Virus record (IMG/VR): IMGVR_UViG_2887198475_000005
Span: 4,425 to 68,424 of that record
DNA length: 64,000 bases
Strand: one strand, 5' to 3'
From: a virus
Taxonomy: Duplodnaviria > Caudoviricetes
This document shows positions 44,924-55,052 of the stretch, one piece after another; the stretch's first letter is position 1, and each line of letters starts with the position of its first letter. The notes below the pieces were generated by a model. That model made no database searches. It worked only from the letters and a program-made list of their open reading frames with translations, and had not been told where the DNA came from. The position numbers and the translations under genes were made by a program.

Positions 44924-46369
44924 ATGTCCGACGGCAGCAGCGGCGTGTCGCCAATCAACAACCCGGCGCCGTCATCCGAGGTCCGCTACCCGCGCATTCG
45001 TATCGTGGCCGACGGCAAGCCCGTCATGGGCATCCTTGAGGCCCGGGTGACCACGAACAACTACCTGGGCGCCGATACATGGTCGGCGCGCCTTGTGTCC
45101 GGGCCCGCCCCCGAGCGCGACGCGCGCTGGTGGGCGGACCAGGCGGACATCCCGCTCGAGGTCCAGCTCGGGTTCGCTTCGGATGCGACCTACGCATCCC
45201 CGGTCTCGTGGACCACGATGATTGTCGGGCGGACAGATGGCGTTTCCATCAACTGGCTGACGGGCGAAATCGATGTCCACGGGCGCGACCTGACCTCCCG
45301 CCTGATCGACGCCCGCGTGCAGGAAAGCAACCCCAACCTCACCTACAGCCAGCTTGCCGAGAAGTACGCGGCGGAGGCTGGGCTGACGGCCGAGGTGACG
45401 GCGACCACGACGCTCGTCGGGCAACGCTACGACCACCAGGGCACTGGGACCGCGTTGTCCGAGTTCAGCCGCTCGACCACCAAGTGGGATGCCCTGGTCT
45501 ACCTGGCCCAGAAGGAGGGCCATGACATCTGGGTCAGCGGCTACACGTTCCACTCGCGGCCGCACCAGGAGCCGGACAGGCAGCACCCATTCCTGGTCCG
45601 CTTCATCCCGGGCATTCTGACGGCGGGGGCGCCGGGGAGCGCCAGCCGCACGGCTCCGGTCTTCACCGCCCTGACGCTGGACACCGATCGGCACCACGGG
45701 CTGGCCAAGGATGTCGAGGTGCTCGTGCAGTCGCACGACCCCCGCACTGGCCGGACATACCGGGCCGTGCGGAGGGGCAGCGCCGGGTCGGCGAGCGGCG
45801 GGCGCAGCGGTCGGCGCCGCGGCAGCACGCTCGACCCGAACGACCCGCTGTCCATCATCCCCCGTGCCGCCGATTCCGGCGAGGAGGATCCCCTGGCGAT
45901 CATCCCGGGATACCAGACGGGTGCCCGCCGAGGCCGCCAGAGCGCCACGACGGCACCGCCGGCGGCGCGCGCTGGGGTATCGCGCTACACCTACATGGTG
46001 CCCGGGCTGCGTTCGGACGACGAAGCAATCCGCTTCGCCGAAGCCAAGCTCAAGGAGCTGACCGAGCACGAGCGCCTTATCTCGTGCCGGATGCCAGGCG
46101 ACCTCGTGCTGGCCCCCCGCCACATGATCCAGCTCGAGGGGACAGGGTCGTCCTTCGACCAGCAGTACTACGTCGACAAGATTGAGCGGTCCGTTTCGCC
46201 GGAAGGCGGCTTCACGCAGACAGTCAGCGCCAAGAACACGAGTCCGCGCGAGACGGTGGACCTCAGCTCCGACCCGTCGGAGTCCAGCGGATCCGCGGTG
46301 CCGTTGACGAGCGGTGGCACGGCCGAAAGCCCGGGCGACGGCTCATCCGACAGCGATTCCGCGGAGTAG
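44924..46369 (+). CDS. Baseplate hub protein (late control D-like)
   Basis: GRDLTSRLID, WDALVYLAQKEG, YYVDKIERS; position. Confidence 0.75.
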   Translation: MSDGSSGVSPINNPAPSSEVRYPRIRIVADGKPVMGILEARVTTNNYLGADTWSARLVSGPAPERDARWWADQADIPLEVQLGFASDATYASPVSWTTMIVGRTDGVSINWLTGEIDVHGRDLTSRLIDARVQESNPNLTYSQLAEKYAAEAGLTAEVTATTTLVGQRYDHQGTGTALSEFSRSTTKWDALVYLAQKEGHDIWVSGYTFHSRPHQEPDRQHPFLVRFIPGILTAGAPGSASRTAPVFTALTLDTDRHHGLAKDVEVLVQSHDPRTGRTYRAVRRGSAGSASGGRSGRRRGSTLDPNDPLSIIPRAADSGEEDPLAIIPGYQTGARRGRQSATTAPPAARAGVSRYTYMVPGLRSDDEAIRFAEAKLKELTEHERLISCRMPGDLVLAPRHMIQLEGTGSSFDQQYYVDKIERSVSPEGGFTQTVSAKNTSPRETVDLSSDPSESSGSAVPLTSGGTAESPGDGSSDSDSAE

Positions 46370-46396
46370 GCAGACTTCCATTCCGGGAGGACTGAC

Positions 46397-47002
46397 ATGG
46401 AGACGTGGCAGCACGCCATGCTCATGCGCGCGGCCGTCATGGACGGATCCGCCGGGCAAGCCCGATGGGGCATTGTCGATACCGTGAACGCGGACCGGCC
46501 TTCGGCCCGAGTGCGCATCAAGCCCGAGGATGTCCTGTCGGGAGACCTCCCCATACCGTCGCTGATGGCCGGCAACGGCGTCGGCATCGTCGCCCTGCCG
46601 TCGCCCGGCGACCAAGTGCTCCTCCTGCCCCTGGAGGGCAGCGGGCAGCACTACGCCGTGTTGCCTGGCACGTGGACGACCGGCTTCCCGGTCCCGACGT
46701 CGCCAGCCACCGGAAAGCCCGTCCAGCCAGGAGAGATTGGTCTCGTCACGTCGGGGGCTGTCATCCACGTCGAGAACGGCAATGTCCACATCAGTGCCTC
46801 GCATCTCCGCGTGAAGGCGGATGAGACGGTCATCGACAGCGAAGTGCGCATTACGAAGAACCTCGTCGTTGAGCAGGACATCTCCGACCGGAACGGGGCC
46901 CACGGCACGTTCGGCCGCCTGCGCGACACCTACAACATCCACGACCATCCCGGCGTCCGCGCGGGTGGCGAGCGCACGGCGCAGCCGGAACAGCAGGTGT
47001 AG
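46397..47002 (+). CDS. Baseplate spike (gpV-like)
   Basis: OB-fold-type N-terminus (PSPGDQV) and terminal HDH metal-binding tip. Confidence 0.85.
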   Translation: METWQHAMLMRAAVMDGSAGQARWGIVDTVNADRPSARVRIKPEDVLSGDLPIPSLMAGNGVGIVALPSPGDQVLLLPLEGSGQHYAVLPGTWTTGFPVPTSPATGKPVQPGEIGLVTSGAVIHVENGNVHISASHLRVKADETVIDSEVRITKNLVVEQDISDRNGAHGTFGRLRDTYNIHDHPGVRAGGERTAQPEQQV

Positions 47003-47004
47003 CC

Positions 47005-47382
47005 ATGCCGGACCTCTCGCTGGAATGGGGCGCCGACCTCACGGTTGGCCCCACAGGGGACCTCGCTCTCGTGGACGGCGCCAACGCCGTCCGCCAGCGC
47101 ATCGTACGGCGGCTACACACCGCGGCGGGAGATTACCTGGACCAGGTGACCTATGGCGCGGGCCTCGGCCAGCGCATTGGATCGCCGACCACGGAGCGGA
47201 CCATCGCCGCCCTGGTGCGCGCACAAATGGCAGCGGAAGCCGCCGTCGCCGCATCTCCCGAGCCATCCGTTTCCGTGGCGCAGTCCGAGGCGGACCCGAC
47301 CGCCTTCATCATCACGATCACTTACTGGCTCTCGGACGACCCGTCGGCGCCACAGACAGCGGTCGTGCGTGTGGGGGACTGA
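47005..47382 (+). CDS. Baseplate wedge protein (gp25/GP46-like)
   Basis: GDLALVDG...QRIVRRL.T..GDY....YGAGL. Confidence 0.8.
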   Translation: MPDLSLEWGADLTVGPTGDLALVDGANAVRQRIVRRLHTAAGDYLDQVTYGAGLGQRIGSPTTERTIAALVRAQMAAEAAVAASPEPSVSVAQSEADPTAFIITITYWLSDDPSAPQTAVVRVGD

Positions 47383-47385
47383 CCC

Positions 47386-48543
47386 ATGGCGCTTCCCACC
47401 GTCGGCTTCTCGGACCTCGTCCGGCGCCAGGCTGCCGCCGCCCAGGGGGCTGCGCGCAACCTTCTCGATTTCTCGGTTGGCAGCGCGCTCCGCGCGCTGG
47501 TCGAGGCCAGCGCGAAGGTGGCCCTCTGGCTCCAGTGGCAGGCTCTCGACATCCTTGCCGCCACCCGCCTTGGGTCTTCCAAGGGGAGCGACGTCGATAG
47601 CTTTGTCGCCGATTTCGGCATGCCGCGCATTGCGGCCGTCCCGGCGTCCGGTCCGGTGACGCTGGCGCGCGCCACCCCGACGACCGCAGCCGTGGTGCTG
47701 GTCGGCGGAATCCTCCGCACCGAGGACGCCTCGCAGGCATTCGTCATCACGGCCGACACGGCCCACCCGAACTACAGCGCCGCCCTGGGGACGCCGGACG
47801 CCACGACCGGGCTTCCGCCTGGCGGCTATCTCGCTCCGGTCGGCACGGCGTCCATCTCGGTGCCAGTGGCCGCGCAATATGCCGGGGTGACCGGAAATGT
47901 CAGCGCTGGCACCATCACACGCATCGGCAGTGGCATCTCCGGGTTCGACACGGCATCGAACGCCGTTGCCTTCACCACTGGCATCAATGCCGAGTCCGAC
48001 GATGCAGTGAAGGCGCGGTTCCCGCTCTACATCGGCAGCTTGTCCAAAGCCACCGCGACCGCCATCGCCAGCGCCGTGGCTGGGGTCCAGCAAGGGCTGA
48101 CGTGGTCGATTACCGAGAACGTGGACGAGGCGGGCGCCAGCTCACCGGGGCGCATCATCGTCACCATCGACGACGGGACAGGCTCGCCGCCGGACAGCCT
48201 GCTGGCATCTGTCTACGCCGCCGTTGACCAGGTGCGCGCGTTCGGTGTCGGCCCTTTGGCCGTCCACCGTCCGACGACGACCTACGTGGACATCGCGTTG
48301 GCCGTCACAGCGCCGGCGGCCGTGAAGGCAACGCTCGCTGCCCAGGTTGAAAGGGCGATCGCGACGCATGTGGCATCCCTGGGTATCGGGCAGCCGCTGC
48401 GCCACAGCCGCATCATCGCCATCGCCTACGGCGTGTCCTCCCAGGTCTCCAACGTGTCGGCGGTCTCCATCGCAGGCGGCACGGCCGACATCGTGCCTGG
48501 CGCCATCGGCATCGTGCGGGCTTCCTCCATCACAGTGAGCTGA
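47386..48543 (+). CDS. Baseplate J-like protein
   Basis: GSALRALVEA, GVTGNV, GINAESD..VKARF. Confidence 0.9.
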   Translation: MALPTVGFSDLVRRQAAAAQGAARNLLDFSVGSALRALVEASAKVALWLQWQALDILAATRLGSSKGSDVDSFVADFGMPRIAAVPASGPVTLARATPTTAAVVLVGGILRTEDASQAFVITADTAHPNYSAALGTPDATTGLPPGGYLAPVGTASISVPVAAQYAGVTGNVSAGTITRIGSGISGFDTASNAVAFTTGINAESDDAVKARFPLYIGSLSKATATAIASAVAGVQQGLTWSITENVDEAGASSPGRIIVTIDDGTGSPPDSLLASVYAAVDQVRAFGVGPLAVHRPTTTYVDIALAVTAPAAVKATLAAQVERAIATHVASLGIGQPLRHSRIIAIAYGVSSQVSNVSAVSIAGGTADIVPGAIGIVRASSITVS

Positions 48544-48547
48544 CGCC

Positions 48548-49300
48548 ATGGCCACGGGCGACCGGGACGACATGCTCGCCCGTATCAGGCGGGTGTTGCC
48601 CAAGCGCTGGTTCGCGGATGACACGCCCATCCTCGACGGACTGTTGTCTGCGTTCGCGGAGGCATGGGCCTCCGTGTATTCACTCCAGGACTACGTCCGA
48701 AGGCAGGCCCGTATCGCGACAGCCACCAGCGAGTGGGCCATCTTTGACCAGCTGCAGTTCATCTCAACAGACTTTCTCGGAGACAGGCTTCTGCGCAAGG
48801 ACGGCGAAAGCGACGGCCGCTTCCGTGAACGCATCAAGCGCGAGATCCTGCGTGCCCGGGCGACCCGCCCGGCGATGTCCGGCGCCCTGTTCGACCTGAC
48901 GGGCTACGAGCCGCGCATCGTCGAGCCATGGCGCCCTCAGGATTGCGGCGGCTGGCGCATGCCGTCTGCCGTCGGATACGGACGGGCCGGAGCGTGGGGC
49001 TCGCGGGCCCTGCACCACCAAGCCTTCGTCACGGCCTACCGGCCGCCCTCGCCCGTAGGCGGCGCCCGACGCATCGCCGGCTGGCGCGCGAACAGTGCCA
49101 GCTGGCGTGGCGGCTGGTGGGGCTGGACGGACAGGGCGACCGTGAAAGCCGAGGTCTCCGACGCGGACATCAGGGCGGCGGTCGCCGCGACAAAGGCCGC
49201 TGGCACGCTCGTTTGGCTCCGCATCGACAACAAGCCACCAGGGACTGGCGGCTCGCGCCTCGACCAAGATTTCATCCTAGACGTGAGCAGGCTGACATGA
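48548..49300 (+). CDS. Baseplate wedge protein (gpI-like)
   Basis: RIATAT, GESDGRFRERI; follows the J-like gene. Confidence 0.75.
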   Translation: MATGDRDDMLARIRRVLPKRWFADDTPILDGLLSAFAEAWASVYSLQDYVRRQARIATATSEWAIFDQLQFISTDFLGDRLLRKDGESDGRFRERIKREILRARATRPAMSGALFDLTGYEPRIVEPWRPQDCGGWRMPSAVGYGRAGAWGSRALHHQAFVTAYRPPSPVGGARRIAGWRANSASWRGGWWGWTDRATVKAEVSDADIRAAVAATKAAGTLVWLRIDNKPPGTGGSRLDQDFILDVSRLT

Positions 49301-50523
49301 AGATCTGGGCGCCAAAGGAAATCTTGAAAGCCGCCGACCTTAACGGCAACTTCGCGGAACTCAAGAACTGGATGGCAAGCCTCGTCGCCTCGAAGGCCGA
49401 CAACACGGCGCTTGCGAAGAAGGCTGACCTGGACGCGACGGGCAAGGTTCCCCTCGCGCAACTCCCGGACACCCTCGCGACCGATTCAGAGGTCTCCGCT
49501 GCAATTGCGGCGGCGACATCCGGGCTTGCGACGGGCGGCGACCTGACGGCCGGACTTGCCACCAAAGCGGACGTGCAAGCCGTCAACACCGGCCTTGCGT
49601 CCAAGGCAGACGCGGCCACGACGACGGCCGTGCTCGCGAAGAAGGCCGACCTCAACACGAACGGCGTCGTGCCCGACAGCGAGCTTCCCTCGAACATCGT
49701 CCGGGCGACCGACCTCGCGACCGCGCTCGCGAACATCGACCTCTCCAAGAAGGCCGACCTGAACGCCTCGGGTATCGTGCCATACTCTGAGTTGCCGCCC
49801 GACCTCGTGAAGCAAGCCGACATGGAGACGGCCCTGGCGCACATCGCCTCCGGCCCGGCAACGAGCCCGCGACCGCCCCTGTCCGCGTTCACGCAGAGCG
49901 GGTGGCGCGCTGGCTCCGTCCTGGCTGACGGCGTTCCGGGCGTCGGGCCTCTGCGCCTCATCAATCCCTCGCCGTCATCGGGCGGCTTTTTCGCAGGGCT
50001 CCTGAAAGTCTCTCGGGACTTCGGCGGATCGGCCTTCTACTGGAAGCCGGGTGGCGACTTCTACCTCGTCGCATCCGTGCGTGCGCGTATCCCTGCCAAC
50101 TGTGGGAGTATTGGCATCTGCCTTTTCGGGCCAAGCGGGAATTTTTCGGGCTGCGGCGCAAACAGCAACGGCATTATCCACGTTCTGGGGGGCAATTCGG
50201 AGACGAGCGGAAGTATTGGCAATGATTCGGACAATGGAAAGCTGCCGAATTCTGCTGCTTGGGTTGGCGGTGTGTACTGGCTCCGCATTAGCTACCACGT
50301 TTCTACGAACACGTGGGCTAACGACTACTCATATGACGGAGTTCATTGGGCGCAGATGTGGGCATCCGATGCAAGCTACGTCCTCGGCCCCAACACCTAT
50401 CCGGTCGGCTACGGGCTCTGCTTGCTGAACGGGCGTGGCGGCACGTGGGCGGACGCTGACGTGTTCACGTTCGATCCAATCCCAGACCCGACTGGCGTCT
50501 ACAACCGCAACATAGCGAGCTAG
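49297..50523 (+). CDS. Tail fibre / receptor-binding protein
   Basis: Repeated KADL..G.VP..QLP shaft motifs; beta-rich C-terminal domain with lower GC. Confidence 0.7.
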   Translation: MKIWAPKEILKAADLNGNFAELKNWMASLVASKADNTALAKKADLDATGKVPLAQLPDTLATDSEVSAAIAAATSGLATGGDLTAGLATKADVQAVNTGLASKADAATTTAVLAKKADLNTNGVVPDSELPSNIVRATDLATALANIDLSKKADLNASGIVPYSELPPDLVKQADMETALAHIASGPATSPRPPLSAFTQSGWRAGSVLADGVPGVGPLRLINPSPSSGGFFAGLLKVSRDFGGSAFYWKPGGDFYLVASVRARIPANCGSIGICLFGPSGNFSGCGANSNGIIHVLGGNSETSGSIGNDSDNGKLPNSAAWVGGVYWLRISYHVSTNTWANDYSYDGVHWAQMWASDASYVLGPNTYPVGYGLCLLNGRGGTWADADVFTFDPIPDPTGVYNRNIAS

Positions 50524-50527
50524 GCAA

Positions 50528-50968
50528 ATGGGCGACCTTTTCTTTCTGGCCGTCCGTGGCGGCCGCGTCGTGGGCGAGTGGGAAACCGCCGGCTACCAAC
50601 CGCCTTCCGTCCAGCCGGGAGACGAAATCATACGGGTCTCCTACGCGACCAGGCTCGCGCTCGACCCGCGCCGCGGCGAAGACGGCCTTCTCCCCGACCC
50701 GCGCACGGTCGGCCTGACGGCCATCATCCGGCTTGCCCCGCTTGACTTCTTCAGCCTGTTCACCGCGCAGGAGTTCGCCAAGGCCACCGAGGAGGCGATG
50801 GCGGATCCCGTGCTGTTCGGCTGGCTGCTCCGGGCAAGCGGGGCGCAGTATATCGACCTCAACGACCCGCTGACGGAAGAGGGACTCGACGCGCTCGTCG
50901 CGGGCGGCGTCCTGACGGCTGCGCGTAAGGCCAGAATCCTTTCGGGCGAGAAGCCGGAGGCGCCCTGA
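50528..50968 (+). CDS. Putative tail fibre assembly protein
   Basis: FFSLFTAQE...IDLNDP...GLDAL...G.LTAARKARIL pattern after the fibre gene. Confidence 0.6.
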   Translation: MGDLFFLAVRGGRVVGEWETAGYQPPSVQPGDEIIRVSYATRLALDPRRGEDGLLPDPRTVGLTAIIRLAPLDFFSLFTAQEFAKATEEAMADPVLFGWLLRASGAQYIDLNDPLTEEGLDALVAGGVLTAARKARILSGEKPEAP

Positions 50969-51252
50969 TGTCCTGCCGTGCGTGCGCCTTCATCCGCAAG
51001 GGCGCCTTGAACTTGGCGCTCGCCCTCGACCGCTTCGCGAATGCGCTGCTGATGGGCAGCGCAAACGAGACCCTCTCGCAGCGCACCGCGCGCGCCCGGG
51101 CAGCAGGGCACCGATGGGCCTCCGTCGCGTGCGCCGTCCTGACGTGGGCGGCGAACCGGCTCGGCACTCCGGGCGACCATTGCGCCAACTCGCTCGACGG
51201 CGACGGCACATACGGCGTCGAGCTTTGGCATTGGTCGCCTCCCTCCGACTGA
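50968..51252 (+). CDS. Hypothetical protein
   Basis: LDRFANALLMGSANETLSQR...DHC motif, typical of small genes in fibre/lysis regions. Confidence 0.65.
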   Translation: MSCRACAFIRKGALNLALALDRFANALLMGSANETLSQRTARARAAGHRWASVACAVLTWAANRLGTPGDHCANSLDGDGTYGVELWHWSPPSD

Positions 51253-51333
51253 CATCCTGACGGCCTCGCGGCCGACCTACCAACCTCCCCGGCCGCCGCG
51301 AGGCGCGTCGGCGCCTCCGCATGAGGGCATCGC

Positions 51334-52677
51334 ATGAGCACGACCACAGAGCGCCCGATCGTTTGGCCTGGGGAGATCCCGGACGACCGCGACATCCTCG
51401 CCGGGTGGGTTTCCGGCATGATCTCGGATGGCCTACTCGCGCAAGCCGTCCTCGGCTCCGACACCGTGGCAGACGGCTTCGCGTGCGCGCCGACCGCTCC
51501 GGCTTCGCTGTCCTTGACCGTCGCGCCCGGCGTCCTCTGGCAGCTTGCCGCCGTGGACAACACGGCATACGGCTCCATGCCGGCCGACACCGCGCACGCT
51601 GTTTCCAAGAGTTTCTGGCTCGCCGACGCGGCAACGCTGGCCTTCACGCCGCCGACCACGCCCGGCTATACGCAGAACTTCCTTATCCAAGCTGGCGGCG
51701 CGGAATCGGACACCGAGGCGACCGTCCTCCCTTACTACAACGCCGACAACCCCGATTCGCCCTTCTCTGGCCCGGGCGGCTCGGGCGAGGCGCAGCCGAC
51801 GCGCCGCCGCCGCACGGTCTCCCTGCAAGTGCTCGCGGGTGCGGCCGCGCCCTCCGGCTCGCAGATGACACCCGCGCCGACCTCGGGCTTCGCTCCCTTG
51901 TGGATCGTCTCCGTCGCGAACGGGGCGACCGCGCTCACGTCCGCGAACGTCGCGATGCACCCGAGCGCTCCCTTCGTCGGCCCCAAGCTGCGCGCGCGCG
52001 CGCCGCTCGAAAGCCCGGCGCTGACGGGAACCCCGACCGCGCCGACGCCTCCGGCCGCGGACAGCAGCACCCGCCTTGCAACGACCGCCTTCGTGCACGA
52101 CACGCTCGGCTCGGCGACCTCGGGCGGCTTCTCCGTCCCGATTGGCGGCATCATCATGTGGAGCGGCACGTCCGTTCCGGCCTACTACCACCTCTGCGAC
52201 GGCAGCGGCGGCACGCCCGACCTCCGCGACCGCTTCATCGTCGGCTCGGGCGGCAGCTACGGCGTCGGGACGACCGGGGGCTCCATCGCCCAGGGCGGCA
52301 CGACCGACGCGCAGGGCGGCCACGCGCACGGAGGCGCCACCAAGGGGCACGCGCTGACCGAGGCCGAGATGCCGTCCCACTCGCACTCGGCGAGCGCTGA
52401 CACGCAGGGCGACCACACCCACCCTGTCGGCACATGGCCCGTCAACGGCAGCGGCAGCCTCGTCGGCGGCTCCAACAACGCCGACCAAAGCGGCCACGGT
52501 ATGGGGCATACGGAAACCGCGGGCGCCCACGGCCACAACGTCTCGGTCGGCTGGACAGGCGGCAACCAGACGCACGGACACGACCTCTGGCCGGACGGCA
52601 CGCACGCGCACAACGTCAGCATCCCTGACGCACGCCCTCCGTTCTATGCCCTCGCCTTCATCATGCGGGTTTCCTGA
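51334..52677 (+). CDS. Tail fibre protein with collar domain
   Basis: SPALTGTPTAPT, PIGGIIMWSG...LCDG...TPDLRDRFIVG, multiple HxH repeats, PPFYALAFIMR. Confidence 0.88.
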   Translation: MSTTTERPIVWPGEIPDDRDILAGWVSGMISDGLLAQAVLGSDTVADGFACAPTAPASLSLTVAPGVLWQLAAVDNTAYGSMPADTAHAVSKSFWLADAATLAFTPPTTPGYTQNFLIQAGGAESDTEATVLPYYNADNPDSPFSGPGGSGEAQPTRRRRTVSLQVLAGAAAPSGSQMTPAPTSGFAPLWIVSVANGATALTSANVAMHPSAPFVGPKLRARAPLESPALTGTPTAPTPPAADSSTRLATTAFVHDTLGSATSGGFSVPIGGIIMWSGTSVPAYYHLCDGSGGTPDLRDRFIVGSGGSYGVGTTGGSIAQGGTTDAQGGHAHGGATKGHALTEAEMPSHSHSASADTQGDHTHPVGTWPVNGSGSLVGGSNNADQSGHGMGHTETAGAHGHNVSVGWTGGNQTHGHDLWPDGTHAHNVSIPDARPPFYALAFIMRVS

Positions 52678-52809
52678 GGCGGGCGTGTCGCCCCAGCCTT
52701 CGGCCACGCACGCATAACGGTTCACGTCTGGCCTCCGGCATAAGAACCGCCGCCGGATTTAACGAGCGGTTCATCCACGATGAGGACGGCGGAACGGCCG
52801 CGATACCCA

Positions 52810-53094
52810 ATGGATTCTTCAGGATTCAACTTCAGCGTGGTGCACTACGCGGTCGCCACGCTCGTCGCCATCGGCGGCGTGTTCGTACATGCCGTCCGTC
52901 TGGCCGCCAGGGCGGCTGGGCTGCAGCGAGACGTCGAAACGCTGACGGACCGCTTCGAGAAACTCGAAGAGCGCGTCGAAAAGCACGAGGACCAAATCTC
53001 GCGGACGCTGTCCGACCTCGGCACGCGGCTGACGGCCATTGAGGCCGACATCAAGTGGCTCGTCCGCCAGCAGAACGGCGGGCGCACGCCATAA
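52810..53094 (+). CDS. Small membrane/coiled-coil protein (holin- or XhlA-like)
   Basis: One transmembrane segment followed by a coiled coil; upstream of the lysis genes. Confidence 0.55.
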   Translation: MDSSGFNFSVVHYAVATLVAIGGVFVHAVRLAARAAGLQRDVETLTDRFEKLEERVEKHEDQISRTLSDLGTRLTAIEADIKWLVRQQNGGRTP

Positions 53095-53198
53095 AATGTT
53101 GACAGGCTGAATTTTTCTGCCTTGCCGCCCTTGATTTTCGGACTTCGCAACGTCCACCTTGATTGCAAGTCCAATACATAACGCTGGGGGGAAGGGCG

Positions 53199-54953
53199 AT
53201 GTCGTCGCTCGCACAATCAGCGTCGCCCGCGAGCGCCGGGGCCTCCGTTTTCGGCAAAGCGCTCTCCGTTCGCAAGGAGGCCGCACAACGCGGCATGTCG
53301 AAGTCCGCTGTCTCCCGGGAGCGCGCTGCCGCGAAGGCGCGCGCCATGGCGGAGGAGCTGGCCGCCCTGCGCGGGCAACTGGCGGCGTCCCAGTCGCGGG
53401 CGGCTGCAGCTCCCGTGGCGGCTTCCGTCGCGACGGCGGCCGAGAAGCCGCGCGTCCGCGTCAAGGCGGGATCGGCGCCGATCGCCGCCGAGGCGCCCGC
53501 GCCCAAGGTGGGGAAGCCGATCGCCGGCGGCACCCTCGTTCCACCAGAGGCCCGCGAGCGCCGGGCGCGGGGGCGGCGGTTCGTGCTGGTGGGCGCGCAG
53601 AACAACACCTGGGCGCACCGGGACTTCATTGAGAGCCTGCGCGTCTACTGTGACCTCAACGGCTCGCGGCTGATGGTGAGCGGGCTTCCCTACAACAGGG
53701 ACGGATGGGAGCAGCCCCACAGGCTGACGAAGGAGGACGACAGCCTCTGGTACGACCCGCTGGTCGAGCCCTTCATGTCCGACGAGACCTTGTGGCTCGC
53801 GGATAGCCTGCTCTGGTGCGGCAAGGTCGCCACGCCCATCACCGCCGCCGACCCGCTGAGCGGCATGGAATCCTTCACCCGCGACGCGAGCGGCATCTTC
53901 CCGCACACCAAGGTCGCCATGAAGTCGCTCGCGGGCATGAAGTCCCATGGCGCCCGCTTCATCTACACGACAGGGTGCTGCACCCAGAGGAACTACATCC
54001 AGCGAAAGGTCGGCCAGAAGGCAGAGTTCCACCACGTCTTCGGCGCTCTGGCGGTTGAGGTGGCGAGCGACGGCGCGTGGTTCGCCCGGCAGCTCATCGC
54101 TGACGAAGGCGGGCGCTTCCAGGACCTCGAAACCGTCTACACGCCGCATGGTGCCCGAAGGGCCAACGTCGCCGGGATTGTCTGGGGCGACATCCACCGC
54201 AAGCACCTCGAAGGCGGTATGTTCAGGGCGTGCTGGGGCGACGGCGGCATTCTCGACACCCTACACCCGCGATGGCAGGTCGCGCACGACGTGCTCCATT
54301 TCACCGGACCGTCGCACCACTCGCTGAAAGACCCCTTCCTGCAGGCCCAGTACTACCGCGACGGCTCGAACTCGGTCGAGCACGAGTTGGATGGGGACGC
54401 CGACTTCTTCCTCGGCATCGAACGCCCCTGGTGCGAAACCATCGTGCCCGACGCGAACCATCACTGCCACCTGCGCCGCTGGCTTACCGAGGCGGACTTC
54501 CGCAAGGATCCCGCGAACGCCAGGATCGGGCACTACCTCGCCTGGCGCATTCACGAGGCCATCGAGCGGGGCGAGAACATCAACATCTATGAGGTCGCCG
54601 TCCGCGAGGCGGCGGAGCGCAAGCGCAAGGGCGCCCTCAAACGGACGCGATGGCTTCTGCCTGACGAATCCTTCGAAGTTGCGGGCGTCGAATGTGGCCT
54701 GCACGGCGACCTCGGGCCGAACGGCGCCAGGGGTTCGCCGAAGTCATTCCGGCAGCTCGGTCGGCGCGCCGTCACCGGTCACACGCACTCTGCCGGGATT
54801 GTTGACGGCGTGTGGACTGTCGGGGTCACCGGCTCGCTCGACCAGGGCTACAACAAGGGACCGAGCAGCTGGTCGCACACGCACTGCGTCATCTTCGAGA
54901 ACGGCAAGCGACAGCTCATCACTATGCAGGGCGACCGCTGGCGCGCGGACTGA
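53199..54953 (+). CDS. Calcineurin-like metallophosphoesterase (possibly T5 A1-like)
   Basis: GDIH, HDV, ANHH, LHGD and GHTHS motifs; charged N-terminal extension. Confidence 0.75.
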   Translation: MSSLAQSASPASAGASVFGKALSVRKEAAQRGMSKSAVSRERAAAKARAMAEELAALRGQLAASQSRAAAAPVAASVATAAEKPRVRVKAGSAPIAAEAPAPKVGKPIAGGTLVPPEARERRARGRRFVLVGAQNNTWAHRDFIESLRVYCDLNGSRLMVSGLPYNRDGWEQPHRLTKEDDSLWYDPLVEPFMSDETLWLADSLLWCGKVATPITAADPLSGMESFTRDASGIFPHTKVAMKSLAGMKSHGARFIYTTGCCTQRNYIQRKVGQKAEFHHVFGALAVEVASDGAWFARQLIADEGGRFQDLETVYTPHGARRANVAGIVWGDIHRKHLEGGMFRACWGDGGILDTLHPRWQVAHDVLHFTGPSHHSLKDPFLQAQYYRDGSNSVEHELDGDADFFLGIERPWCETIVPDANHHCHLRRWLTEADFRKDPANARIGHYLAWRIHEAIERGENINIYEVAVREAAERKRKGALKRTRWLLPDESFEVAGVECGLHGDLGPNGARGSPKSFRQLGRRAVTGHTHSAGIVDGVWTVGVTGSLDQGYNKGPSSWSHTHCVIFENGKRQLITMQGDRWRAD

Positions 54954-55052
54954 AGGGCTGCCCTGCCGCCGCCTGACCTGAACCAGCCGCCCTTCCCTCT
55001 CCCTGTCGCCCGCCCACCAGCCGCCGCCCGGTCCCACCGAGGCGGCGGTTCC

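Noticed and set aside
49297-52677. Diversity-generating retroelement or invertible fibre cassette
   Set aside because: No reverse transcriptase, template/variable repeat pair or invertase with flanking inverted repeats was seen.
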